The translations under genes and the position numbers were made by a program. The notes beneath the pieces were generated by a model. It did not search any database, had not been told where the DNA came from, and worked only from the letters and a program-made list of their open reading frames with translations. A stretch of DNA of 64,000 bases from NCBI GenBank assembly GCA_050575255.1, contig JBNZDD010013698.1:2952304-3016303 (forward strand), read 5' to 3'. This DNA comes from Harriotta raleighana (lineage: Eukaryota). Positions 51,621 through 64,000 of this stretch are shown one piece after another (within the stretch, counting starts at the first letter, position 1; each line of letters begins with the position of its first letter).

Positions 51621-52280
51621 ATATGTTAGCGTTGTACTTTCCACACCAATTTCTCACATTATGCTTTGTCTCCAAAACATTTTAATTCTTATTTGGGGAA
51701 TGCAGATATTAGATCATTATGCAAAACAATCAAAAGAAAGTCAAGATCAATAGATATTTTAAGGAGTTTGCCATCTTCTACATTCATAGTATTGAAGCAG
51801 CTACAATGTAAACTTTAATCATGAAAATATATTTTCACTTCCAGTTGTGAAGTGCATCAATATAGATCTTACCTCTACCCCCAATTTATATTACTTGCTC
51901 TTTCTGGCAAGTATCAGCTCGATAAGATCAAAGTTGTCTTTGCTTACACTGCATGCACAGCTAGATAGCTGTAACTGTGGTCGATAAGACAAAGCAAGTG
52001 CAAGCATCAAGGTTGAAGAGAGAAATAGACTTTGTATTGAGAAAGGCTAATCAAACAAATGCCTAAAGTAACATAAATGCAGGTTTTGCGAGGAGGATAA
52101 GTGTAAAGGACAATGAAATATGTCCATTTTTTAAGAAAATGCTAGAAGACACTAAATGTGGGGGGAAAAGCTCTTTTATATTTGCAGGCTCCTCAGTTCC
52201 ATGAACATATTTTTTAAATGTTGTTTTACTTATTTTGAAGATTTTAAACAAATGTAGTAGTGCCTTTTAAATTGTGAATA

Positions 52281-52925
52281 CAGTAAAACCCCATTTATCC
52301 AGCACCCACAGGACCTGGCCAGTGGCAGTTAAACGTTTTTTTTGGTTGAGAAGATTTATTTAAAAAAATTATTTACATTTTTTTAAAAATCACAAATTAT
52401 TTTAACACATACCATATTAATAATGGACTAAATAATAACNCATTTTTAAAAAAATCACAAATTATTTTAACACATACCATATTAATAATGGACTAAATAA
52501 TAACAGAATATTCTATTAGTACATTATTATTTGTACTTAACTTCGCAATTGCAGCACTGATTCGACGGGAAGTAAAAAATGCGACTTTAAAAAGCAACGA
52601 GTTTAGACCTAACAGCCAGCAACAACAACAACTTCAATTTATATTGTGCCCTCCACGCCGGATGGCATCTCAGAGCGCTTCAGCACACACACACACACAC
52701 ACAGATAGACACAGACCCTCAAAGATATTCAGTCTGAATCTATCATATAAATTCTGTCCACAAATCTCTTATTATGTATACAGTACTTAACTTCCCAACG
52801 ACAGCACATCTGAACGAGGTAAAAAACCGCGACTTTTAAAAGTCAGATCGGGACTTTTTTTTTGAGATGGCGGTTGAACGGGTTTTCCAATTATTCAAGT
52901 CACGGATAAACAAAAGGTTTTACTG
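52281..52925. mobile_element. Family-A MITE with (CA)n and an inserted L2 tail
   Basis: TA flanks; CAGTAAAACCCCATTTATCC / GGATAAACAAAAGGTTTTACTG. Confidence 0.88.
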
Positions 52926-53109
52926 TATATGTTTGAAAATATGACAACTTGTATTATATAACATCTTTCACTTAAAGGACATCTTCCCAATGTGAAAGGC
53001 ACTTCACAAATATAATTTTGCTGTTTTTTGGCGTTATTAATAAAAAAATCTAAAGTTGAACTCAATTAGATCAGCTATATAATAAAGAAGGGAGGAGAGA
53101 AACAAGTTA

Positions 53110-53709
53110 CAGTAAAAGCCCGTTTATCCAGCACCCGCGGGACCTGGCCAATGCCGGTTAAACGGTCGGATCTGACGCCGAAAATCCAACACAAAACAAA
53201 TTAACTTATTTTAACACATACCATATTAATAATAGACTAAATAATAACAGATAATAACAGAATATTGTATGGGTACTTTATTGTAAATGCTGTACACTGT
53301 AACATAAATAATAAGACTAAATACATTAATAAGAGATACTGTAAAAACAGAATAGTGTATGGGTATTTTATTGTAAATGTTGAACATTATCATATAAATA
53401 ATAGACTAAATACACTAATAATAGACACTGTAATAACAGAATATTGTATTTATACTTTATTACTTCATTTATACTAACTTCTGCAATGGCGGCCGCGGGA
53501 GAAAAAAAAATGGCAGCACGACTTTCAGGCTTTACAAGCGGCAAGCCGAAATACCTGTACAGTACTCTCGTGTGACAATCGATTCATTAAATGCGCCACC
53601 GCTATTCTGCCGGATAACTTCCGGTTAATCAGATGGGGACTGTTTTTTTTGTTGAGCCGGTTAAACGGAATTTCCGGTTCACTGAGTCACAGGTAAACGG
53701 CTTTTACTG
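53110..53709. mobile_element. Family-A-related MITE with internal tandem duplication of about 90 bp
   Basis: TA flanks; CAGTAAAAGCCCGTTTATC / GGTAAACGGCTTTTACTG. Confidence 0.88.
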
Positions 53710-54284
53710 TACATTGTGCGCATTATGGAAACTTCTCTAATAGACCTAGTCTCCAAGGGAATTTCTGTGCTAATTTCTGGGTGGTTTATTTTTTGGATAT
53801 GGAGACTGATGTCTGAACACACGTGGAAACCCATCACCATGCTTAAGAGTATCCAAACTAGGAATTCAATTCATCCCACCTATAAATAGAAATTCTAGAG
53901 TTATTTATTTGAATGGAATCCATACTCTCTCCTTGGAGGGACGCTTCCTGCTTACCTAATTCCAGGAAGTAGTAGATGCACGTTGGCAAGAGACAAGGCT
54001 TGAGGACCCAAGAGTATATGCTGGGGTTCTGCTGGAGTCCAACCACTAAAACCACTTAACTTGTTATTGAGAGCAAGCTTATCGGGCAGTACTCTCAATT
54101 GCAACACTCTTTCGAAGTGTATTACTCTTCGAAGCAACATGAAGGCATCGCACCCGCCGAAAGTAATTTTTTTTAAAATTGTACATGCACTTATTATCGT
54201 GCGCATGCGCATTTATTAAATGTGACATCAGTGACGGGCCTCCTAGGAAAATTCAGTGAGTAGTGTGAAGGCTTAAACACGCCT

Positions 54285-54380
54285 CTGGCAGAAATCATGG
54301 TCGAAGAGGAAGGTCTTGAGACCGGCCTTGAAGGAGGAGAGGGAGGAGGTGAGGTGAAGAGATTGGGGGATGGAGTTCCA
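54285..54380 (-). mobile_element. L2 fragment
   Basis: Minus frame WNSIPQSLHLTSSLSSFKAGLKTFLFD. Confidence 0.75.
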
Positions 54381-55157
54381 TAGGCAAAGCAATATTTCTT
54401 GCGCATCCACCTCACAACATGGGAGATGGCTATTTATTGCATTACAAACATTTACGAAAAATTTATATAAAGAGCTCATTACATATAATCATCAATATCA
54501 TCCAAAAACAAATCAGAAGGAAATAAACATGTATTTCCATCAATCTTTCCTTAAGAGGATCAAATCTACACAGCTTTTATTGAATGAAACAAAGACAGTG
54601 CATGACATGGCTTTCAGAATGTATCAATATTTTTGAACACACTATATTTTCAGGAGTTTCAAAAGTTCAAATGCAATGAGCCAAAAAGTGCAAATGCAAG
54701 ATTTTTTTCACTGTGCCACACTTGACTTGTAATATGTACACAACCAAATATACATCATCATTTTTAACAGCACCACAATTCAGGGTTGACACAAATGCTG
54801 ATTGTCACCTTCAGAAAAAAGTAATCACAGAAAAAAATGAATAAAACAGCACAGATCAATGAACTGGAATAAACATTTGTCAAACCTCTGCTACCATGAA
54901 AGAACTTGGCAAAAAGGGTTGTTAAACCGAAATATCTGATCAACGATGGAGTTTTAATTGCAAGTAATTAAAATCACCTTTAATCCAGATTCCAAGACTG
55001 GTGGAAGAGTTTCGAACCAGAAGATTTTACAATGCTACAGACCAAGCATGCTCAGTATTGCACATGATGCATGTGATCTCTCTCTGCTGGTTTGTTAATT
55101 TAGACAACTTTCACATGAAATCTACGACCCACTGCCCCAAATTTATCTCGTACTTAC

Positions 55158-55184
55158 CCTGAAGCAAGCGCTGTCAGTCCACAT
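55158..55184 (-). CDS. Candidate alternative first coding exon, MWTDSACFR (phase 0)
   Basis: acagaATG (A at -3) runs 9 codons to donor AGG|GTAAGTA; locally GC/CpG-richer unique sequence. Confidence 0.35.
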
Positions 55185-56139
55185 TCTGTCTGAAAGGCCC
55201 TGGCTGATGCGGTACAAAGTGCCGACAAACTGGTGTCATCAGCTGTGAACCCTCGCTTTACTTCAAAAGGCTGCTCTGGCTTCAAAATAGCATTTTCAAA
55301 TGTAATCTCTTTGATTCTGATTTAATACTCCAATTCATCTTAGTTCATTGAATATTCTGACTATGGATTCTCTTAGGATAAAAATCAACTCCATAAGAAA
55401 TGCACGTTTCTCTAAATACAATGTGACAAGTTCACTTAACTTTCTTTATCCCCCTGGATTTAATAAAAAGGCATCCCAGCACTCAGTATGAACTTTTCAA
55501 AAACAAATACAATATAATTTTGCAATTGATTCACAAGTCGCAATAAGAAAGTAGCATTTTTACTAGCTTTCTCAGTTTTTACATTCAATGTGCAAATATT
55601 CTAAAATGTAAAAAAGTCAAGGATAGATAGCTGCTGTATATAAAGCAAAACAATGTTTACAGAAGCAAAAATAATGCCCTGGTGAGACTAATGTTAAAGC
55701 TCGATGATACAGTACATAATGGAAGCCTTATATAGGATGGGATGAGTGTGGTTGATACAGACTAGTGATGGTACAGAAATTTGCTTACTCTTGCTGAAGC
55801 TATGAATATTAGGGTTGTACATGTTCCATTCCTAACACAGCTTACTTTGATAATTTCCTTCTTCCCACTCAAATAAATGAGCATCTCCCATTTCTATATA
55901 TAATTCTACAAGTGGAGAGGAGGCACCTCCCTGGAGTGGAATTGCTCATCTAATACCTGAGACAGATAAGTCCACAGTATTTCAAGGATTGTTTAAGTCT
56001 GGCTAACCAATGTGACTTTGATAAATAGACCTGAATTCTTCAAACAAAATCCTGATAAGACAACTGAAATGAATTGCAAATTGCAAAAGCATACAGCAAT
56101 ACATTGTCTGCGGCTAGAAATATTAACAAGATATCACCC

Positions 56140-56532
56140 AAGCAGATTGACTTCAAGATTCTCACTCTTGTGTTTAAATCCTTGCACTCGTCTGCACCCC
56201 CTTACCTCTCTAACCTCCTCTCTCCTCACAACAGTACCCGCTGGCTCCACTCTACTAGGTCTGGCCTCCTTCTTGTCCCTCAAACCTCCACTCCACCATC
56301 AACGGACGTGCTTTCAGTCACTAGGCCCTAAAACTCTGCAACTTCCTCGCTCAATCCCTCCATCACCCCCTTCTTTTCCATTTTCAGGTCACGCCTGAAG
56401 ACCTTTCTGTTTGACCGCGCCTATGTTCACCTTCTCTCCACCCCCATAGCTAGGCCTTGGGCTCCGCTATTGTGAAGTGTGCGGGACGCCGTCTGGCGTG
56501 GAGGGTGCTATATAAATCCAAGTTGTTTGTTT
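56140..56532 (+). mobile_element. L2 3' end (second L2 tail type)
   Basis: IDFKILTLVFKSLHSSAPPYLSNLL; tail GGGACGCCGTCTGGCGTGGAGGGTGCTATATAAATCCAAGTTGTTTG. Confidence 0.85.
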
Positions 56533-57269
56533 GACCAGTTCTGGGTCACCTTGCTAGGCAAGCAAGGGGAGGCTGACTTGAACCCTGGACTAATAAACTG
56601 TGTAGTTGCAACTGCTTCATCAATACCTCAGCTCCTACTAACCTGTACTTGTGCTATCTGTAAAAGCAACTGGGCATGTTCCACTGTTCTTTCTTTATCC
56701 TCATCCCCTAAACAAAAAAAGGTCAGGATCATTCAACTTGTATGTATTTTTTATATTGTGTACATATTTCTATCAGGATAATAAGTGCTAAATCCTATGT
56801 TGTTTAATTTTTCTACTGTCAGAAGATAATAACGTACCATACATTATTTTCTATTAGAGAAGTTTGTTGCACCTTAGTTGATATTCTTGGTAAACAGTCA
56901 AATAAATGCCGTTATTCATACATTATATTTGCATGAATACCTGAATTAATGATTAAATAATAAACCGGGACCTATATATTAAACCCAGAAGCTTCAATTA
57001 GCATTATGTCAAATTTTCAAAACTGCCAAATATGTTGCTCTGTTTATCAATGATAATGGAAATTTTCAGATCATCATTATTCAAACACATTCTTTAAAAT
57101 TGCATTGTTCCATTTTTTTCCTGCAATATTTAAACTAAATTGAGTTCTTAAAATTCTGTTTTGCTTTGTTGAAAGAAATATTGTATATAAATGAATTGGG
57201 ATTTCCTGAACATGACAAGAGAAAATATGAACAGGTCGGAATTTTAACAATCTAAATTCTGATCAAACA

Positions 57270-57548
57270 CAATAATAATAATCCTTGCATTTGATATAAC
57301 TCTTTTCACATCTTATTGATGTCTCAAAGTGCTTCACAGAGTATACTATAAGTGAATTGACTGTATATTTGTGGGCGAAACGCGGCAGTCAATTTGCACA
57401 CAGCAGTGTCCCACAAACAGTCGTGGATTTAAATGACCAATTTATTATATGTTTTGTTTAGGACTGATTATTATTAGATCTGCCTGGATTCGAAACACAG
57501 GTCTCACATTTGTAAGGCAAGTGCTCTAACCACTGTGCTACAGGGCTC
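57270..57548 (-). mobile_element. tRNA-SINE
   Basis: Reverse consensus from tail to head. Confidence 0.85.
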
Positions 57549-57744
57549 AGTCCTACAGTCTCTCTCTCACCCCTCCCTCCCCCCCCACACACACACACAC
57601 ACACTCAAGCACAAAGAATGTCAATGAAATAGTAAAACATCAGATGAAAGGCACAGTAAATCAGAGCTAAAACCAACAAAGATTCTGATCTGTCAACAGA
57701 CCACCCACCGATTATTGGCAAGTGATCAGAATCAACACAATCAA

Positions 57745-57928
57745 GTTTTGAATTTGGTCACTCAATCCAAGACTGTTTGTGTGACACTGCTGTGCACAAT
57801 TGGCTGCCTCGTTTCGCCCACAAAATACACAAGTCAATTCATTTTACAGTACATTCTGTGAAGTGCTTTGAGCCATCGCAATATGTGATAAATGTGCTGC
57901 ATTAAATACAAGGATCATCGTTATTATT
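57745..57928 (+). mobile_element. SINE 3' half
   Basis: Body and tail in sense orientation. Confidence 0.8.
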
Positions 57929-58179
57929 TTTGATGTTAACAATTTTACTATATCCAATTTGTTGGCACGTGGGACCGGTTATTAACATGGCCCGGTTCAG
58001 ACAGTCATTGATGCATGCTTCTTCTGTAAATCAGAATCCCATTTCACAGAGAATTTATTTTAGGCACAGTAGGAGTGACCACTACTACCCAATCAAGTAT
58101 CGCCTTTCCCAGTATTTTTTATTGTATTCGCTAATAACATCTACAGATGCTTATATGCAAACAATATAATAATAATGGC

Positions 58180-58310
58180 ACAAAAACAGAAGTTGCTGGG
58201 AATATTCAGCGGGTCAGGCAGTATCTATGGAGAAGATGCCATAGATGCTACCCAACCAGCGACTTCTGTTTTTGTTTCAAATTTCTAGCATCTGCAGTAT
58301 TTTGCATTTT
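58180..58310. mobile_element. Penelope-like palindromic element (internally deleted relative of 24808-24960)
   Basis: CAAAAACAGAAGTTGCTGG / CCAGCGACTTCTGTTTTTG outer inverted repeat; ATCTATGG / CCATAGAT inner inverted repeat. Confidence 0.65.
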
Positions 58311-61214
58311 GTTAATAATACTTGCATTTGATATAATGCCTTTCACATTATTGAGACATCTCAAGAGCTTCACAGAATATATTGTAAAGTGGAATGACTG
58401 TATAGTTTGACCCACAAATAGTCATGAATTGGGTATTTTCTAATTTTAAAAAAACACACAATGTTCTAAGGAAGCCAGATACAACCAGAGAACATCTGCA
58501 CCACAAAATACCCCATAATTTGCCTCACAACACATATAATTCTGGAACATTTGGCAGCACCAGATGATGTTATATGCTATTATCATTTTCTGATCCTCTC
58601 TCATAGGGGTCTGACTGCAGCCAGAGATTAGAGCCCCAACAGCTTTGTACTGTGCTGGGATGGTACAGATAAGAACAGCCCTTTTGCCATCAATTCAATA
58701 CTCCAATTGACTATGAATTGTATTCATAATGATTTACAGTGCTCGAGCAGTAATATTTACATAAATCAATGTGATTTTAAAAAATACAATTGGGAATGTA
58801 TTCAAGGTGCTGATCAAACAGCTTGCTCAATAAAAATGGTAAATAATTTGAGAAATGTACTTTTCCCTCGGTCATTCTGAATTCAGCAGCACAGTTACAG
58901 TAGAATTTTCAAAGATTTATCAAGTTGCTGAGACATCCCAATGCACTTCATAGAATTTTACTGTGCAGTGTAATGATATGCATGTGTACAGCACTGTTCC
59001 AGAGACAGGTATAAAGTGAATGACCATGTTTACTAAATCTTTTCTGAAGGACGGCACTTCCGACAATGCAGTGTACTCCCAGTCGGCACTGTGTTGGTGG
59101 CATCCTAGAACTAAGTTTGTGTCATTTAATGAGATTCTAGTGTCACTTTCTCTGACAAATGTTAAAATTGTAATTAACTTAGAAGAGTTCTTAAGAGTTT
59201 CTGTTCTTACAGTGGTAGTTCTGTCCTGTGCAGCAGCACTGGTTAGTAACTTGCATTCCCTCATGTTTGATTAAATGCTCAGTCACAGAAATTTGTTAAG
59301 AACCCGAGGTCAGGCTTGTCCTGTGTGTTGAGGGGGGGAGTGGGGATTGTTTTGTGCACTCAAACTTGAAGAGCCACTTTTGGATCACAGAATAGTAGAA
59401 TTCTAAAACATGAAACTATTTTGTTTTATAACAATAATAAACCATGAATTTGATATAGCGCCTTATCTCATCATTAAGACATCTCAAAGCACTTTATTTC
59501 CTGATAAATGTTTGTACTATATATACCCGGGTCTGGATTCCCAGAGATATGGAATGAGAATGTTTAATGTTTTGAAAGCAAGGCTGCTAACTTGGTCAAA
59601 GAGCCTCCCCAACAGATTGGTGTTCTTGCCATATGCATGAAGTCAGTGACTCAGAAAATGACAAATCCTCAGGACACAGGCACTTTTCACACATTAGTCA
59701 AAGGGCCTGAACATACATTGGGACTCAGGATATTGCTTCAGAAAGCAGATTTAGCTGGAATACTATCCAAATGCAAATTACATTAGCCACTGTAATCAAA
59801 TCTCTTTTCAGTCCCACTGTAACCACTGAACTCAAATGCACAAAAATCATCTTCATCCATCATGGGGATGAGCATCTTAAAAGTGACACATTATGCCCAA
59901 TTAATTCAGCATTTCAGAGGTCAGCAAATGAAGAATCACCACATCAAGACATGACTGTCACAGCCACTGTATTCAAACACAGTAGCACAAAACAAAAATA
60001 CATACAACATGAAGGTGGGTTAAATAACCTAGCATGGAAGATTAACCCTTTTCATCCTGGAAAAACTAAAGTAGTAATTAATGGACATCTTACTAGAAGG
60101 TTCAATTCTGGCTAGGAAACTCCCACACATTAAGTATGTAGTTATTGTTAGGATATCAGTGAAGTGTGATAGTGAGTGCGTGATATTTTCAATCTGTGTC
60201 TATTTAAGATATTATCACCAAGCAGTTTAATGAGGTGTGCTTTCTTCCAAACCTGTGTCAGAGAACAAAGCAATGGGGACTGAAATTTGTGGTAGTGAAT
60301 TGAGAGCATCAGGTTAAAAAGTATGAAGGTACATTCAAGGATTTTGGCTTTCATGACATTAAAGTGCATTGACTAAGTGTGATGCTTCCTGGAGCATCAA
60401 ACTTTAAATGTGTATAGAAGTAGTCAGGACAATCACTTGCATTTATATAGCACCCTTGAAGTAGGATAGATGCTATTGTGGAGTTCTTCACAGGCACAAT
60501 GTTGCAAGGGAGTACTAAGGATTGTGGCGGAAGAGGAAATAAGATGACTGAAATGATCAGTGTTACATTTTTAGATAGGATTTCAAGCAAAACAGAGAGA
60601 GGACGAGAGTGAAATCCATAAAGTGCGATGTAGCTACTAAAGAATTTGCCAATGACGATGCATGGAGAATGCAAGGAACTCACAGCAGACCTGAGGTTAC
60701 TAAGCAGAGGCAGTAGAAGATCACAGATAGAGAAGTGCTTAGGTATGTAGATGAGGGTAAGGTGACAACATATTTTGGGGCTTAGTATGTTTTGAACAAG
60801 ACAAATAATAATAATCCTGGCATTTGATATAGTGCTTTTCATGTCCCCTAAATGCCACAAAGCACTTGACAGAATATACTACTCCTCAATTAACATTGGG
60901 GATGTGGTCTTGAAAAAGGTGATTTTAACTGAAAAGACTGATAATAAAACCCAAATTACCATAGTCGTAATGATATAAATAGAGGTTACATTCCCTCAGT
61001 ACATTTCTTATCTAAATATTCTTAAACAAATATTAAATAAAGAGCAAAAACACTGCTACTATTGAGAATTGAAATCAATGTTTAATAAGTACCAATATAT
61101 CAATTAAATAATAATACAACAACGAGAAAACTTATTGGAGATGGTTGATACAGTAGTGGGCAACGGTGAGTGGCGGGGACAGATATTCAGATGAAGGGGC
61201 GGATGGCCGTTTAA

Positions 61215-61570
61215 ACCACAAACAACAATGTTTAACACCTATCAAGAACCACAAACAACAATGTTTAACACCTATCAAATAATCACAAACAACAATGTTT
61301 AACACCTGTCAAATAATCACAAAGNTTAAATAATAATACAACAACGAGAAAACTTATTGGAGATGGTTGATACAGTAGTGGGCAACGGTGAGTGGCGGGG
61401 ACAGATATTCAGATGAAGGGGCGGATGGCCGTTTAAACCACAAACAACAATGTTTAACACCTATCAAGAACCACAAACAACAATGTTTAACACCTATCAA
61501 ATAATCACAAACAACAATGTTTAACACCTGTCAAATAATCACAAAGAACAATGTTTAACACCTGTCAAAC
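61215..61570. repeat. 32-33-bp minisatellite CACAAACAACAATGTTTAACACCTRTCAAATAAT, partly within an N-junction duplication
   Basis: Contiguous units without unique spacers; 61104-61324 repeated at 61326-61546 across N at 61325. Confidence 0.85.
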
Positions 61571-61771
61571 TAAAATGGTGTGGAGGCAGGCCTACACTGA
61601 CGTTGCATCCCCACACAGCTGATCACTAGCACATGGTTGCGCACTTGGTTTGCACACATTTTTTCTAAACTTTACGACGGTTGTAGTAAAATTACCGCAT
61701 TTTGTGATTATTTCATCAACAATGTATAATCGAAATAATGGATATCGGGAGGACGAATACCGAGGAGTTCC

Positions 61772-61893
61772 AGTATATTTTGTGGGCGAAACGTGGCAGC
61801 CAATTGAGCACAGCAGTGTTCAATTCACTTTACAATATATTCTGTGAAGCACTTTGAGACATCTAGAAGATGTCAAATGCAAGGATTATTATT
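61772..61893. mobile_element. 5'-inverted, truncated SINE
   Basis: 61772-61819 is SINE body in reverse; 61820-61893 is the adjacent 3' part and tail in sense. Confidence 0.8.
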
Positions 61894-62138
61894 AATATTA
61901 ACTGAACCAGGCTGATACACAGTAAATTGGATTTGATTCTGTGTCCCACTCTTACTACCTTCCCAAATCAGTAGTTCCTGAATGAAATCTATGCCTTTGG
62001 CATGTAGTTACTGAAGCTGAATTCTTTTTGATCTTGAGACAAGATAGACTACTCCAAATCTGTTTTAATATTACCAAAGAGCTGTTAATAAGACAATGGC
62101 TCTTAGTACTGGTAAGAGATACCTCAGCAAATACTTAC

Positions 62139-62285
62139 CTATGCACAAGGCTTTCCTCATCTCCCAGTAAGGTACTTTTGGAAAATACCGTTTCCTGCTG
62201 TTAATCACTCACTGCTGAAAGCGATGATGAATGACTACAGCAGTGTAAATGAACACAAGTTACACTCACAGTTAGCGAACAGCCT
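62139..62285 (-). other. Candidate exon (UTR plus short frame MRKALCI, phase 1)
   Basis: Acceptor CTTCCTCTCCCCCACTTTTTTAAACTCATCTCCAG|, donor TAG|GTAAGTAT; gagATG at 62160; stops in all frames upstream of the ATG. Confidence 0.35.
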
Positions 62286-62532
62286 CTGGAGATGAGTTTA
62301 AAAAAGTGGGGGAGAGGAAGTAATTTGAAAAAACGTTTTGTATCGTCTCAAGAGAAAAAAAACTTTGCAAAATAGGATTTTTTTTAAATTAGTTTTACTG
62401 GAAGAGGATTTTTTTCCCCATAAAAAGAATACTACCTTTGGCATCATTGTAGTGCATCAGTCAGGGTCATAATGTTGAAGGAAAGGTAGACTGGTTTAAC
62501 ACTGTTCATTGTTATATCATTGGTCTTGAGGT

Positions 62533-63348
62533 AATAATAATTCTTGCATTTTTAATATAGCGCTTTTCACGTCTTATAGACATCTCAAAGCACTTCGTAG
62601 AATGAACTGTAAAGTAAATTGACGGTATATTTGTAGGTGAAACGTGGCAGCCAATTGCGCACAGTCGTATCCCACAAACAAAGGTGGATTAAGTGACAAA
62701 TTTTTTTTTTTAAAAAGGAATTATTAGGCGTGTGGAGTAAGGAAACGTGCCCAAGATTTCACACTGCCTTGAACCCAGGCAGGGTGAAATCGTATAGTGT
62801 AAGATAGCACAATGCCCTGATGAGGGCTGGAGGTGCCATCGTTCGGATGACACATTACACCAAAGTCCCATCTGTCTGTTCAGGTGGATAATAAAAATCC
62901 CATGTGACTATTCGAAAAGCAAAGGAAGTTTCTCCTAATGCCCTAGCTAATAAATCCTCTAGAAAAAAAAGTCATAATTTTTGCTTTGTGGCTGTTTGTA
63001 GGATATTGCTGTGCTCTCACCTAGAAATAGAGTCAACTCACTTTACAGTATATCCTGTGAAATAATAATTCTTGTATTTGATATCGTGCTTTCACATCTT
63101 GTCGACATCTCAGAATATACTGTGAAGTGAATTGAGTATATTTGTGGACGAAACGCGGTAGCCAATTTTGCACAGCAGTGTCCCACAAATAGTTGTGGGT
63201 TGAAATGACCAATTTTTATTATTGTGGGTTTTTTTGACAAATTATTATTAGGCATGTGGAGTAAGGAAACTTGCCCAATGTTTCGCCATAATCTGCCTGC
63301 ATTCGAACACAGGTCTCACGCTTATAGGGCGAGTGCTCTAACCACTGG
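62533..63348. mobile_element. SINE cluster: young minus (62533-62770), old Deu-SINE plus (62800-63060), young minus (63061-63348)
   Basis: Consensus matches; Deu-like GGAGGTGCCATCGTTCGGATGACACATTACACC...TCAGGTGGATAATAAAAATCCCATG. Confidence 0.8.
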
Positions 63349-64000
63349 TAACACTCAATACGTAAGGCACTACAGAAAAAATAAGGATTATTATTATATC
63401 ACACATAAACACTCATTGGATCTGTACAACCTTTAACATAAGCAGATTGGTTTTGTTTCCAGCAGCAATTATTTTGGTTACCTAATCCAATATTACTGGC
63501 AAACCACCTCTGCCATCTTCCATTCTGAAGCAAAATTGGTTAATCCTAGTTGTACCCCATCCCAAGATCCAGCTCTTGCTCCTAGTAGTTTGTCATTTCA
63601 CTATCACTACCCTGCTAACGCACCATATGTATGTTGTTTGGACCCTAACAAAGGATGACAGAAAGCATTTTTCTCCAATTCACTTCCAGCAGTGTGGGTG
63701 CCTGAACGCAAAATCTGCCAAGATCCTTTCATCATGTTGCTCGTGAGAATAAACAAACAAAAAATACTCAATGCCAGCAATCAAACTGTATACAAAATTA
63801 GAGGTAATACGATTAAATTCCAGCATTTTGCATTTTTTTTCAGCAAACTAGAAAGACATTCACCAATAAGCACCATTTAATATAACAAGCCTCCAATGTC
63901 AATTAACAATAAAGCCATTTGGATCCACTTCTTCATTTTTGTGTTGTAATGGCAAGATGTTATAGAAGAACTCTTCAACTTGTTCTGAACTGTCAAACAA

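Noticed and set aside
61215-61570. CRISPR-like array of 32-33-bp repeats
   Set aside because: Units are contiguous with no unique spacers, there are no cas genes, the context is eukaryotic, and part of it is an N-junction duplicate
61151-61650. hAT-type MITE (CAGTAGTGGGCAAC ... GTTGCGCAC)
   Set aside because: Right TIR is only partial and there is no convincing 8-bp target duplication

Overview
AT-rich vertebrate genomic DNA, almost certainly from a cartilaginous fish. The repeat complement (tRNA-headed SINEs with L2-type tails, CR1 and L2 LINEs, Penelope-like palindromes) suggests a chimaera/elephant-shark-type genome; this is inference, not a database result. No intact multi-exon CDS, rRNA, true tRNA gene or CRISPR array is visible. 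Most listed ORFs are decayed LINE frames or chance ORFs. Much of the window is transposon-derived: a near-full-length decayed CR1 (about 14.8-18.4 kb), a nested CR1/Tigger/L2 cluster (31.2-33.9 kb), many SINEs, eight TA-flanked pogo/Tigger-type MITEs and one TTAA-flanked piggyBac MITE. Several single-N junctions carry duplicated flanks that look like assembly artefacts. The best unexplained signal is a set of strong minus-strand splice donors in repeat-poor islands (8722, 40896, 47052, 55158, 62139), each preceded by a short ATG frame, one next to a SoxE-dimer-like motif cluster. This fits the large 5' region of an unidentified minus-strand gene with alternative first exons. Also seen: perfect fold-back hairpins, SINEs with internal inversions sharing a breakpoint, and degenerate hammerhead-ribozyme cores. 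I found no convincing evidence of a wholly new biological system. Boundaries of decayed repeats are approximate.
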